Numbered from the stretch's first letter, positions 38,378-47,791 are shown. The stretch is DNA of 64,000 bases from Candidatus Melainabacteria bacterium 17Bon1m (GCA_032128875.1 JAVLKG010000001.1:448001-512000); one strand, 5' to 3'. The notes: generated by a model not told the origin, from the letters alone. Made by a program: numbers and translations.

Positions 38378-38863
38378 TTATGCAACTTTAGAAGAACCAG
38401 TAGAACCCTTATGACGTGCTGGTTTTATCACATGCACCGGGATTTTCGCATTGCTCATGATTCTGTTGCTGATTTCAGGTCCAAACCATCGTAGCTTTCG
38501 TTCTGGTTCTGTAACCAGAACGATTTTCGTTGCATTCATAATGTCAGCTTCTTCGAGAATTCCATCGTGAATTGAATCTACAACGGTAGATTTAATGGAG
38601 ATGCGCACACCTTGAAGTGCGTCGACTAAGGTCTTTCCGAGCTCTTCCAAAAAGTGCTGACATTCATCTACTCTGTCTAACTGTTCATCGGCGAGTCTGA
38701 TCGCCTCTGTCGCGCTGAAAAACGAAGGACGGGCTAGCTTGTCCTCAACGCAGTGCAACAAGCGTATTTCAGAGGTATTTGCGTCAGGATTCATTAACAG
38801 TGTCTGTATGGCGAATTTACCCTGCTCGTATGTCTTGATTGGAAGCAGAATCTTGTTTTGCAT
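38378..38863 (-). CDS. Divergent universal stress protein
   Basis: KILLPI...LLHCVE...ILEEA...KIVL...IMSNAKIPVHVI; GGAGG SD. Confidence 0.75.
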   Translation of the reverse strand: MQNKILLPIKTYEQGKFAIQTLLMNPDANTSEIRLLHCVEDKLARPSFFSATEAIRLADEQLDRVDECQHFLEELGKTLVDALQGVRISIKSTVVDSIHDGILEEADIMNATKIVLVTEPERKLRWFGPEISNRIMSNAKIPVHVIKPARHKGSTGSSKVA

Positions 38864-38883
38864 GGTAACCTCCTTCGTATCGA

Positions 38884-38905
38884 CATATTGTAATAATGCA
38901 ATATG
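38884..38905. promoter_or_regulatory. Candidate ArsR/SmtB-type operator
   Basis: Imperfect inverted repeat CATATTGTAA-TA-ATGCAATATG between arsR and usp. Confidence 0.55.
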
Positions 38906-38954
38906 ACAATATTAGTAATTTATCAAAAAGCGCTCATACTGTCAAGGTTTTGAC

Positions 38955-39374
38955 CTAGCGAGAACGCTTTTGTTTAGCCGTTTTGCTCGAAGTTTTTTCA
39001 GTCTTTTGCTTGGACCAAGTCGATCGCGTCGAATTCATTGCAGATAACAAACTGCGCGATTCTTTCTCGTTGGGCGACACAAAGAAAATGCACTCAACCA
39101 CTAGGTCTGCTAGCTCTTGGTGTCGTAAGTGGTAGTAAACATGCCGACCATCGCGGCGTTCTAGCACAACTCTGTTTGCCCGCAAGATTCCCAGATGCTG
39201 AGATACAGTCGCTTGTGGCACCATCAATGCGTCTTTTAGATCCGTCACTGTGCGTTCGCCGTTGCGAAGTTCTTCAATGATGAGCACTCTCAATGGATGC
39301 GCAAGTACACCAAAAAAGCGTGACAGTTCTTCAGCGACTACATTGCGGTCCATATCGGCGAGAGGGTTGCTCAT
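38955..39374 (-). CDS. ArsR/SmtB-family transcriptional regulator
   Basis: FGVLAHPLRVLII...TVTDL...QATVSQHLGILR...RRDGRHVYY. Confidence 0.92.
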   Translation of the reverse strand: MSNPLADMDRNVVAEELSRFFGVLAHPLRVLIIEELRNGERTVTDLKDALMVPQATVSQHLGILRANRVVLERRDGRHVYYHLRHQELADLVVECIFFVSPNEKESRSLLSAMNSTRSTWSKQKTEKTSSKTAKQKRSR

Positions 39375-39426
39375 CCAGAGTTGTGACCGCTTGATCCTAA
39401 CATGTAACCAGCCTCTCGCCGGTTCA

Positions 39427-41073
39427 TCACGTATTGTCAAGGATAGCCACCCCGCTTATTCGCGCCTCTTGCCGTTCGCCTGGTCTTACCCGCGGCCGCC
39501 GGGCATAGCGCGGTATTGTGTGTATATCTGTCGGTGACTGTTCCCAATCAATGAATAGCTTTCCTTTATGCTGCCGCTCCCATTGGGTCAACTGTTGCAG
39601 GCATGCATGGTCCATGTACCGAAGGTTATCCAGGTTCAGGTGCAAGATCTGATCGTCGGCAATTTCACCCAGGACTTCTGTGAGTTTCGGCAGTGCAACG
39701 AATGTCGCCGCACCACTCAGGTGCAGGGTGACCACTCGAGGGTCGTTCGATTTCTGCACATGTATATCCAGGTTTGAAAGGACGAAGAAAGCTTTTGCCG
39801 CGGCGACTACAAATCCGATCAATACACCCGTGAATAAATTAGTGGCGATGATCGCGCTGGCAGTCAGGGCGAAAATCATCAGTTCTCCCTTCTCATAGCC
39901 TTTTATCTGCCCGAATATATTTGAGACCATTCTGTAGCCAATCAGGACCAGCGTTGCCGATAGCACGCAGCTTGGAATAGCCTTCAGAAGTTGTGGTGCA
40001 AGGAAAATGACGGCTAGCATGAGCGCGCCGTGAAGTATATTCGGCGTGTTGTCGGTGGCGCCATTCTGCTTGTTCGCGACGCTTCTGAGAAGCACACCAA
40101 CAATTGGTAGAATGCCGAGAAATCCACATATCGTATTGCCAATACCTTGCGCAATCAGCTCGCGGTCGTGTTTGATATTTCCTCTTGATGCTTGCGGATC
40201 AAGGGCAGTCAGCGTGATCAGTGATTGTGCACTGCAAACAAATGCCAGCATGAATGCTGCGGTCAAAATTTCCTGCTTGCTCACGCAACTGATGAAATTC
40301 GAAACCGTAAGAGGCGTCAGATTCTGCGTCAAATTGGTTGGGAAGTCAACGAGATTTACCGGCAGTTTGAGCCAGTAGGCAACGCTCGAGATGGCAACTA
40401 TTGTCACAAGTACATTCGGAATGGAGCGCAACTTTTTTGGTGCAAAACGCGTCCAGAGCAAGGCGATTGCTATTGCAGAAACGCTCAATACAGCTGCTAA
40501 GAAGTGTGCAGAACCGTCTGCCACGGAGAATGTTTTTATGACAGTCTCGGGAATCAGAACCATATTCATCAACCCGGACTCTTTTGGAGTGTCGTCCAGC
40601 ATTATGTGAAACTGCGTGAAAATAATTAGCAGTCCCATGCCTGCAAGCATGCCGTTGATCAATGCGGGCGAAAGGGCTTTAAACCACTTTGCGGAACTCG
40701 ACAGACCAAGGGCAATTTGAATTAGTCCTGCAGTTAAAACGATAGCGCCGAGATTTTGTATTCCATATTTCCGAATAACCTCGAGAACGAGAACACCAAT
40801 GCCAGCGTCTGGTCCGGAAATTAAGTATGCAGAACTGGAAAACGCACCGCTGATTAGCGACGCGATTACACCCGACATAATGCCGAATTCGGGCGGAACT
40901 CCAGATGCAATTGCTACACCGACATTAAGTGGAAGTGCAATGCAGAGCAATACCAGTGCAGCACAAATGTTGACGCAAGTTAGCTTTCCTCTGGCTTTCG
41001 AGAGGAAGCCTTCCCGTTTGCTTCTCTCCATTAAATCGATCGTTTTTTCCATAGTAAGTTTCTCGCACATCAA
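39427..41073 (-). CDS. SulP/SLC26 inorganic anion transporter (copy 1)
   Basis: ALPLNVGVAIASG, ISGP, RELIAQGIGN, VLLRS, short STAS-like domain GAATFVALP...YMDHAC. Start uncertain. Confidence 0.9.
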   Translation of the reverse strand: MMCEKLTMEKTIDLMERSKREGFLSKARGKLTCVNICAALVLLCIALPLNVGVAIASGVPPEFGIMSGVIASLISGAFSSSAYLISGPDAGIGVLVLEVIRKYGIQNLGAIVLTAGLIQIALGLSSSAKWFKALSPALINGMLAGMGLLIIFTQFHIMLDDTPKESGLMNMVLIPETVIKTFSVADGSAHFLAAVLSVSAIAIALLWTRFAPKKLRSIPNVLVTIVAISSVAYWLKLPVNLVDFPTNLTQNLTPLTVSNFISCVSKQEILTAAFMLAFVCSAQSLITLTALDPQASRGNIKHDRELIAQGIGNTICGFLGILPIVGVLLRSVANKQNGATDNTPNILHGALMLAVIFLAPQLLKAIPSCVLSATLVLIGYRMVSNIFGQIKGYEKGELMIFALTASAIIATNLFTGVLIGFVVAAAKAFFVLSNLDIHVQKSNDPRVVTLHLSGAATFVALPKLTEVLGEIADDQILHLNLDNLRYMDHACLQQLTQWERQHKGKLFIDWEQSPTDIHTIPRYARRPRVRPGERQEARISGVAILDNT

Positions 41074-41277
41074 TATATAAGTGGGTATTGCGTGGGGTGA
41101 AAGCTTGGCGCAAGGGTGAAACCCTTACCGGCTCTGCCTCATGCACATATGCGAATATCGTAATACAACCATATCACACCGTTCTGTAGACGCGCATGAT
41201 CTGGCGAGGTTTCCTCTGAATGCAGAAATTTCTCTCTGTATCTAAACCTTCGTGAAACTTTTGTCGCTTTGTTTTTG

Positions 41278-41339
41278 GTAAACGGCAACGCCATGCGTCG
41301 ACCGTTTAAATACCGGGCCACGCATGGCGTCGCCCCTAC
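41278..41339. repeat. REP-like (GTAG family) inverted doublet
   Basis: Right arm reads GTAGGGGCGACGCCATGCGTGGCCCG on the minus strand; the left arm is a degenerate inverted copy (core ACGCCATGCGT 41288-41298 pairs with ACGCATGGCGT 41320-41330). Confidence 0.55.
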
Positions 41340-41361
41340 ATTATTACGATCAATATTGTGA

Positions 41362-42096
41362 TCAATCGAGCTTCATCAGTCCGTTTCGCACAAGTTGTTT
41401 TGCTCCTTCTCTGTAGCTGAGCGGAGACAGCGTGTTGCGATTCGTTTTCAGAAATTTGATCACCGAATCTGGTGCCTTATAACTATATTCGCGCAATGCC
41501 CAACCAATTGCTTTGCGAATGAAGAATTCCTTTTCGTGCGCTCGCCGCAAGCAAAAATCGTAGAGCAGCTTTTCATCAGTCTTTTCTTTGTGCTTATTCA
41601 TGCTGAGGATGGCCGTGCGACGTATCCACATATCGTCGTCATCAATCCACTCTTTCATGATCGGCTTCACGGTTTTTGGGTCGTTTAAAAATGCAACACC
41701 AATGAGCAATGTTGCCAGCGGATCAACAAGATCCCACCATGCTCCCTCGCGCACCAGTTCTTCATATAATGGAATCATGGATGTGTGGATAAACTTCTTG
41801 CACCGCACTGCGTAATCTAGTGCCGCGTACTTTTCTTCTCTATGTTTTCCATTCCAGATTTTGCGAATTACTTGTGAGTATTCATAGTGATCGGCGGGTG
41901 CAAATTCTTTCGCTAGTTTTCGATAGATAGGCTCCCTATCAGGCTTTTGAATTCCCCAGAACGGCATATCGGTCTTCATGTACGCGGCCATTTCTACGGC
42001 CTTGTCGGCGTCTGCCAATTCTGAAAATTCAGAGACGAGGAACTTATGTGCATCGACTGCAATCTTGCTTGGCGAACTCTTGGATTTGAGTGGCAT
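41362..42096 (-). CDS. DNA alkylation repair protein (AlkD family)
   Basis: MAAYMK...REEKYAA...WWDLVD...DDMWIRRTAIL...EFFIRKAIGWALREY. Confidence 0.9.
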   Translation of the reverse strand: MPLKSKSSPSKIAVDAHKFLVSEFSELADADKAVEMAAYMKTDMPFWGIQKPDREPIYRKLAKEFAPADHYEYSQVIRKIWNGKHREEKYAALDYAVRCKKFIHTSMIPLYEELVREGAWWDLVDPLATLLIGVAFLNDPKTVKPIMKEWIDDDDMWIRRTAILSMNKHKEKTDEKLLYDFCLRRAHEKEFFIRKAIGWALREYSYKAPDSVIKFLKTNRNTLSPLSYREGAKQLVRNGLMKLD

Positions 42097-42158
42097 ATAA
42101 ATCTCCCAGCGAAGTTTAAAGTCTACACGTAAGGACTGCACCTGTGTACAATTTCTAT

Positions 42159-42992
42159 ATGCGTTTTTGGAATATCACCTTACTAGCCTGTGTTCTGTTT
42201 TCCAGCTTTGTCCCATTGGCTGAAGGGGCAAACGCGGACAAACGTGAAATCGCAGCGCAAAGTGGTGCGCCTCTACAAGCGAATGTTACGCACAATAGTG
42301 CTGTCGCTGCTGCAGATGCGATCGCTCCTTTGATGAGATTTCGAGTCCGTTTGACGTCGGTAATTGATGGAGCATTGGCGAAAGTCGGTGATCCTGTGCA
42401 TGGCGAATTACTTGATACAGTGATGCTCCCCAACAACCACTACATTGGTGCAGGGGCTCATGTGCTCGGAGAAGTAACTGCGATTGATCTTTTAAAGACT
42501 TCGCTCAGAGCCGATTTAACTCCCAAGCATTGGCGCAACTGCAACGGAACAATCGGCATCAAAGTGAAGAGTATCGGGGGGCACGATTTAGCAGGGAATA
42601 TTATTCCAGCTCCCAAAACTCGCATAGTTCGAACCGACAAGAAGGCTGCGCCGCTCGGCGTCGACGGCAAGGGCGAGATTACAGTCGTCTACAGCAGTGC
42701 CGGTTACACCGCCGCTAATGTGGCGATATCGGGCGGTTGTCTCGCTGCTGGTCCCGCCGGAATAATCGTCGGACCAATTGTTGGTGGCGTTGCTGGGGCT
42801 GCAGATCCAACTTTTGCGTATGGTCGCCCAGTCACCGGTGATGATCATCATGCTCATGTGAAAGGGTTTTTTAAAGGCGTAATTGGCGGCTTGCCAGGCG
42901 GTTTTCTCATTTCCGGCCTCACCAATCGCGGTATCAATATTTCGCTCACCCCTGGCGACGTTATTGTGTTTCAAGAACACAAAACTGAGTAA
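42159..42992 (+). CDS. Exported hypothetical protein with glycine-rich hydrophobic C-terminus
   Basis: Signal peptide; AKVGDPV.G...GAHVLGEV; GGVAGA-type segments. Confidence 0.7.
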   Translation: MRFWNITLLACVLFSSFVPLAEGANADKREIAAQSGAPLQANVTHNSAVAAADAIAPLMRFRVRLTSVIDGALAKVGDPVHGELLDTVMLPNNHYIGAGAHVLGEVTAIDLLKTSLRADLTPKHWRNCNGTIGIKVKSIGGHDLAGNIIPAPKTRIVRTDKKAAPLGVDGKGEITVVYSSAGYTAANVAISGGCLAAGPAGIIVGPIVGGVAGAADPTFAYGRPVTGDDHHAHVKGFFKGVIGGLPGGFLISGLTNRGINISLTPGDVIVFQEHKTE

Positions 42993-43066
42993 GTGGAATT
43001 CCTGAATAGCGCAGAATGGTAAATTCTGCCAATTACTGAATTTCTGGAATTACCGAATTCTGCTAC

Positions 43067-43489
43067 TTACTGAATTGGACCGGTCTTCCGTTTCCGTTTG
43101 ACGTCGACGATCAACGTAATAAAGGACGCTATTGTGAGTCCTGATCCAAATGCGAAGAAGAGCACGGGAAGGAAGTAGAGGTTTAGCCAACTGTTGATTG
43201 TCCAGTTCTTTGGATCGCCCTTGTCGTAGAGAATTGGGACAGTGTCGCCGGTTTTGAATTCCGGTGGCGACGAACCAACTTTGCCTCTTCCCTCTATTGC
43301 TTCTCCGTTGTCCGGCCGAAATCGGACAATGGGATAGGACGCGCCCTTGCCACTGGCTTCTAGCCTGAGTACAGTACCAGATGTGGTGCCACCTTCTTTC
43401 AACAATCTCTGAGATTGGAAATAGAACGTTACGGCGACGGCATAGAAGACTATTGATAGCGAGCTGAGAAGCAAAATTACCTTGAACAT
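43067..43489 (-). CDS. DUF3592-like membrane protein
   Basis: TM, TSGTV...YPIVRF...GDTVPILYDKGDP, TM. Confidence 0.8.
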   Translation of the reverse strand: MFKVILLLSSLSIVFYAVAVTFYFQSQRLLKEGGTTSGTVLRLEASGKGASYPIVRFRPDNGEAIEGRGKVGSSPPEFKTGDTVPILYDKGDPKNWTINSWLNLYFLPVLFFAFGSGLTIASFITLIVDVKRKRKTGPIQ

Positions 43490-43686
43490 GATTCACACCA
43501 CTTTGTCGGAATCATCAGGTTTCCCTCATCGGTTCGATCAAGAAACGCCTTGATCAATTTGTGCTGCTGATTTCATAGCTGTTTTCACATATGTAGGTAC
43601 ATTGTTGGAATCGCCAGCTGCGGTCAAGTCGACCGGTCGTCAAAAATGTAATTTCTGTAATCTCCTGTTACAGTCCCCACATTCTA

Positions 43687-43715
43687 TTGACAGCTCGGAC
43701 CCTAGACTGTAACGT
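43687..43715 (+). promoter_or_regulatory. Sigma70-type promoter of the arg leader
   Basis: TTGACA (43687-43692), 17 nt, TAACGT (43710-43715). Confidence 0.75.
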
Positions 43716-43750
43716 GGACAAAGGTTTTGTTTTTTCCAGGGCAACCAGAA

Positions 43751-43831
43751 ATGACCTTTGCGAATTACACCAGCAACAACCGACGTACGCGCCGCGTTCT
43801 ATTGAACTCGGGGCCGGCTGGGCTGCGTTGA
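43751..43831 (+). CDS. Putative arginine attenuator leader peptide MTFANYTSNNRRTRRVLLNSGPAGLR
   Basis: 26-codon ORF; CGA CGT ACG CGC CGC at 43781-43795; lies between the promoter and the terminator. Confidence 0.8.
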   Translation: MTFANYTSNNRRTRRVLLNSGPAGLR

Positions 43832-43858
43832 TCTAGGTCACCAGAAACCACACCTTTA

Positions 43859-43895
43859 GCTCCCGAGTTCTTCTAGGACTCGGGAGTTTTCTTTT
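43859..43895 (+). terminator. Attenuator terminator upstream of argF
   Basis: GCTCCCGAGTTCT-TCT-AGGACTCGGGAGT followed by TTTCTTTT; the 5' arm is complementary to GAACTCGGGG (43804-43813). Confidence 0.85.
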
Positions 43896-44001
43896 GTCCG
43901 TAGCCGGGTGACATCGGCAATACAAGCCAGAGTGAGCAGTTCAAGGCGAACAAGCAGCTCATCAACTGAGTAAAAAGCTCAGATATAGAGAGGGAAAGAC
44001 C

Positions 44002-45042
44002 ATGGTATTCACAATGTACAAAAAGCCGCCGACCACGCCTGTGGGCTTCAAGTCCCAGCGCATGTCTCCGCCGCAGCATGGTCGTTCGCCGCTCAACAAG
44101 GTTCTTGTAGAAGACACGCTGAGAGGCAAAGACTTCCTGGGCATCGGCTATTTCACCGCCGCTGAATTGAAGCTGTTTTTGGAAACGGCCGAACTGCTTA
44201 AAGCAAACAAGTTTGACGACACCCAAACCCTCTTCGCCAAAGGGCAGACTCTTGCGCTTTGCTTCGAAAAACCATCGCTAAGGACGAAAGTCACTTTCGA
44301 AGCCGGCATGATCCAGCTTGGCGGCAGTTCAATCTTCCTCGAAGACAAGCTTGGTGTCAGGGAATCCGTGCCGGATATCGCCAGAAACCTGGACAGGTGG
44401 TTGGACGGAATTATGGCGCGGGTGTTTGAACACAACACGCTTATCGTGCTTGCCGATTACGCTCAAGTCCCTGTAATCAACGGGCTTAGCGACCTCGAGC
44501 ACCCCTGCCAGGCACTGGCGGATTTTCTGACTATTAAGGAACAAAAAGCTATTAAAGATTGGAACTTCAAAGGAATCAACCTTGCATACGTAGGAGACGG
44601 CAATAATGTGGCTAATTCACTCATGCTTCTCGCCGCCAAGCTTGGCTGCAATTTCTCAATCGCGTGCCCGTCCGGCTATAAGCCCGACGCCACCCTTTGG
44701 GAAATGGCGATGGAAGAGGCGAAGCACACCGGTGCGCAATTAAAAATGACAGAGTCCCCCGCCGAAGCTGTTGCTAACGCGGATGCGGTCTACACCGACA
44801 CTTGGGTGTCGATGGGGCAAGAAGAGGAGATGGCGGAGAGAATCAAAATCTTCGAAAGCTATCAAGTCAACGAAGCTCTGTTGAAGTTTGCAAAACCGGA
44901 TGCCATCGTCATGCACTGTTTGCCCGCGCACCGGGGGCAGGAAATCACAGATGCCGTGATGGATGGACCACAATCAGTAGTTTTTGAACAAGCGGAGAAT
45001 AGACTCCACGTTCAAAAAGCAGTCATCTCACTAATCATGTAA
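44002..45042 (+). CDS. argF: Ornithine carbamoyltransferase
   Basis: FEKPSLRT, HPCQALAD, VGDGNN, DTWVSMG, HCLPAHRG, QAENRLH. Confidence 0.95.
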   Translation: MVFTMYKKPPTTPVGFKSQRMSPPQHGRSPLNKVLVEDTLRGKDFLGIGYFTAAELKLFLETAELLKANKFDDTQTLFAKGQTLALCFEKPSLRTKVTFEAGMIQLGGSSIFLEDKLGVRESVPDIARNLDRWLDGIMARVFEHNTLIVLADYAQVPVINGLSDLEHPCQALADFLTIKEQKAIKDWNFKGINLAYVGDGNNVANSLMLLAAKLGCNFSIACPSGYKPDATLWEMAMEEAKHTGAQLKMTESPAEAVANADAVYTDTWVSMGQEEEMAERIKIFESYQVNEALLKFAKPDAIVMHCLPAHRGQEITDAVMDGPQSVVFEQAENRLHVQKAVISLIM

Positions 45043-45121
45043 TGCGGCAAAAACGCTGCGGTTGAAGGCTTTCTGCATCACCGACAGCGCAACGCAGCAT
45101 TCAAATCAAGGAGCAAATCAA

Positions 45122-46342
45122 ATGAAGAAAATTCTCTTGGCATACAGCGGCGGACTCGACACTTCCTGCATTCTCACCTGGCTGAAGGAGCAGTACAAGG
45201 TGCCTATCGTGGCTTATTGTGCCGATGTCGGACAGAAAGAAGATTTCGAAGCGGTCAAAGTCAAAGCGATCAAAACCGGCGCTGAGAAGTGCATTATTGA
45301 AGATTTGAACGAGACTTTCGTCAAGGATTACATCTTCAAAGCAATTAAAGCCAATGCGCTGTACGAGTCCTTCTACCTGATGGGAACCTCCATCGCTCGT
45401 CCGTGCATTGCGCAAGGCATGATTACTGCAGCTCTGAAAGAAGGCTGCGACACCATTGCTCACGGCGCTACCGGCAAGGGCAACGATCAGGTGCGTTTCG
45501 AACTGGCTGCTAAATCTCTGGCGCCTCATTTGAATGTGATCGCCCCATGGAGAATGTGGAAATTCGACGGCAGGAACGACCTCTTCGATTACGCGGAGAA
45601 GCACGGCATTCCTTTGCCGGTGACCAAAGAGAAGCCATACTCCATGGACGCCAACCTCATGCATATTAGCTATGAAGGCGGCATTCTGGAAGATCCGTGG
45701 GCGGAAGCTCCGGAGAACATCTATCTGTGGACTAAGAACCCGGAAGATGCTCCCAATAAGCCTGAATTCGTCACTATCGACTTTGATGCCGGCGTTCCTG
45801 TTGCAATCAATGGAGAGAAACTCGGCCCAGTAGAGCTACTCAACAAGGCAAATGCAATCGCAGCCGAACATGGCGTGGGAAGGCTCGATATGGTCGAAAA
45901 TCGCTACATCGGCATTAAGTCGAGAGGCGTTTACGAAACACCTGGCGTGACCATCTTGATGCAAGCGCACAAGGCAATCGAATCTCTTGTGCTCGACAAA
46001 GAAGTTATGCACCTCAAAGATTCGTTCACTCAGAAGCTATCGACCCAAATCTACAACGGTTACTGGTTTGCACCAGAAACCCAAATCCTCTGGAAGATGG
46101 TCGAAGAAACCCAACAACCCGTTACCGGTACCGCCAAGATTAAGCTCTACAAGGGCAATTCGATTGTAGTGGCACGGAAGTCTCCGGCGTCGTTGTACGA
46201 CCTCAAGGTTTCCAGCTTCGAGAATATGTCTGAGTTCCAATCGGCGGACGCAGGCGGATTTATCAATATCGCAGGACTGAGACTAAAAACCTGGAGCAAG
46301 AAAAATGCAAGTTTTGAGAAAAGCCTTCAAGCAACCCCTTAG
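45122..46342 (+). CDS. argG: Argininosuccinate synthase
   Basis: LAYSGGLDTS, HGATGKGNDQVRFE, SRGVYETPG. Confidence 0.98.
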   Translation: MKKILLAYSGGLDTSCILTWLKEQYKVPIVAYCADVGQKEDFEAVKVKAIKTGAEKCIIEDLNETFVKDYIFKAIKANALYESFYLMGTSIARPCIAQGMITAALKEGCDTIAHGATGKGNDQVRFELAAKSLAPHLNVIAPWRMWKFDGRNDLFDYAEKHGIPLPVTKEKPYSMDANLMHISYEGGILEDPWAEAPENIYLWTKNPEDAPNKPEFVTIDFDAGVPVAINGEKLGPVELLNKANAIAAEHGVGRLDMVENRYIGIKSRGVYETPGVTILMQAHKAIESLVLDKEVMHLKDSFTQKLSTQIYNGYWFAPETQILWKMVEETQQPVTGTAKIKLYKGNSIVVARKSPASLYDLKVSSFENMSEFQSADAGGFINIAGLRLKTWSKKNASFEKSLQATP

Positions 46343-47651
46343 TGACGTAGTCACTGAATTCGTTGCCTGCACGCACGCCGATGCGCATCTCGTCAAAGCA
46401 GATTTGACGGGCAGCAAAGCGCATGCTCAAATGCTCGCCGAAGAGGGGCTCATCAGCCCCTCTCAGGGTGAGGCAATTCAAGGCGGTTTGGACACTCTGT
46501 TGGCGAAAGCCGAAGAAGGGAAGTTCGAACTAAAAGTTGAGTATGAAGACGTTCACATGAATGTTGAGAAACAGCTTGAAGAGCTGATCGGTTCAGATGC
46601 TTTGAGGTTGCATACGGCGAGAAGCAGAAACGACCAGGTCGCGCTTGATTTGCGACTCTACACTGTCGGTGCGATTGATTCGCTTGTCGATGGTTTGAAG
46701 TTCCTTCAGGCTGCGATTTTGAAATCAGCGAAGAAGCATGCGGATGTCGTTATGCCGGGCTATACTCATTTGCAGCGTGCGCAGCCAGTTTTATACGCCC
46801 ATGCAGTTCTTGCTTTTCACGAAATGTTTTCGAGAGATATCGAACGTTTCACCGATTGCAAAAAACGCACTGCCGTTTCGCCACTCGGTGCCGGTGCGCA
46901 AGCTGGTTCTGGATTATCAATCAATCCACAATCGGTAGCAGCCAAATTGGGCTTTGAAAAGGTTTTCACAAACTCAATCGACGCTGTGAGCGACAGAGAT
47001 TTTGCAGCTGAGTTTTTGATGGCGTGTAGTTTGACTGCCGTGCACATTTCTCAGATGGCAGAAACATTGGTCATCTGGAGCAGCTCTGAGTTTGGATTTG
47101 TTGAACTGGCAGACAATGTGACGACCACTTCCAGCTTGATGCCTCACAAGAAAAACCCCGATCCACTGGAAATCGCTCGTGCAAAATCTGGTGCTGTAGT
47201 CGGCGACCTGGTTAACTTGCTCATCACGCTGAAGGCGTTGCCGCTTGGCTACAACAGAGACTTGCAAGAGACAAAGCCTCCTGTAATCAACTCTGCCGGC
47301 ATTGTCGGCGAAGCGCTGAAAGTGATGGCGTGCTGTGTAGACGCAGTTACGGTCAACGTTGAGAAAACGTTAGCCGCCGCTTCCGACCCCGCGTTGATGA
47401 CCACCGATCTTGTTGAGTATCTTGTGAACAAAGGCGTCCCCTTCCGTAAGGCGCACGAAACAATCGCTGAGATTGTGGCTGACGCATCGGAGAAAGGCAT
47501 GGCACTTCCTAAGATGGAATTGAGCGAGTATCAGAAGTATGCGGCGGAGTTCCACAACGACCTCTACGCACTCTTCGATCCAAAGCTCTCCGTCTCAGCC
47601 AAAAAATCCCACGGCTCGACCGGAAATGAGCAAGTAAAAAAGAATTTGTGA
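46305..47651 (+). CDS. argH: Argininosuccinate lyase
   Basis: EDVHMNVE, LHTARSRNDQ, MPGYTHLQRAQP, SSLMPHKKNPD; overlaps argG by 38 nt. Confidence 0.97.
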   Translation: MQVLRKAFKQPLSDVVTEFVACTHADAHLVKADLTGSKAHAQMLAEEGLISPSQGEAIQGGLDTLLAKAEEGKFELKVEYEDVHMNVEKQLEELIGSDALRLHTARSRNDQVALDLRLYTVGAIDSLVDGLKFLQAAILKSAKKHADVVMPGYTHLQRAQPVLYAHAVLAFHEMFSRDIERFTDCKKRTAVSPLGAGAQAGSGLSINPQSVAAKLGFEKVFTNSIDAVSDRDFAAEFLMACSLTAVHISQMAETLVIWSSSEFGFVELADNVTTTSSLMPHKKNPDPLEIARAKSGAVVGDLVNLLITLKALPLGYNRDLQETKPPVINSAGIVGEALKVMACCVDAVTVNVEKTLAAASDPALMTTDLVEYLVNKGVPFRKAHETIAEIVADASEKGMALPKMELSEYQKYAAEFHNDLYALFDPKLSVSAKKSHGSTGNEQVKKNL

Positions 47652-47791
47652 TGGCTCATCGTTCCAAGGGATGGTCAAATTACTTTTCTTGGAGCGATTC
47701 CGATAGAGAAGTTATCGTAAGACTGATGTCGGCAACTAACAGTAATGATAAAAAAGGAACATTGCTCTTGCTTTAGTCTTTAGGAAAACGC

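Noticed and set aside
43031-43077. Three TTACYGAATT repeats with a 17-nt period
   Set aside because: Too short for a CRISPR array or iterons, and one copy is the gene's own 3' end; probably a local micro-duplication.
43657-43671. NtcA-like box upstream of the arg promoter
   Set aside because: Spacing is GTA-N9-TAC rather than N8. No convincing tandem ARG boxes were seen either.
44002-45042. N-acetyl- or N-succinyl-ornithine transcarbamylase because of SLRT
   Set aside because: The SMG loop and HCLPAHRG are canonical OTCase features.
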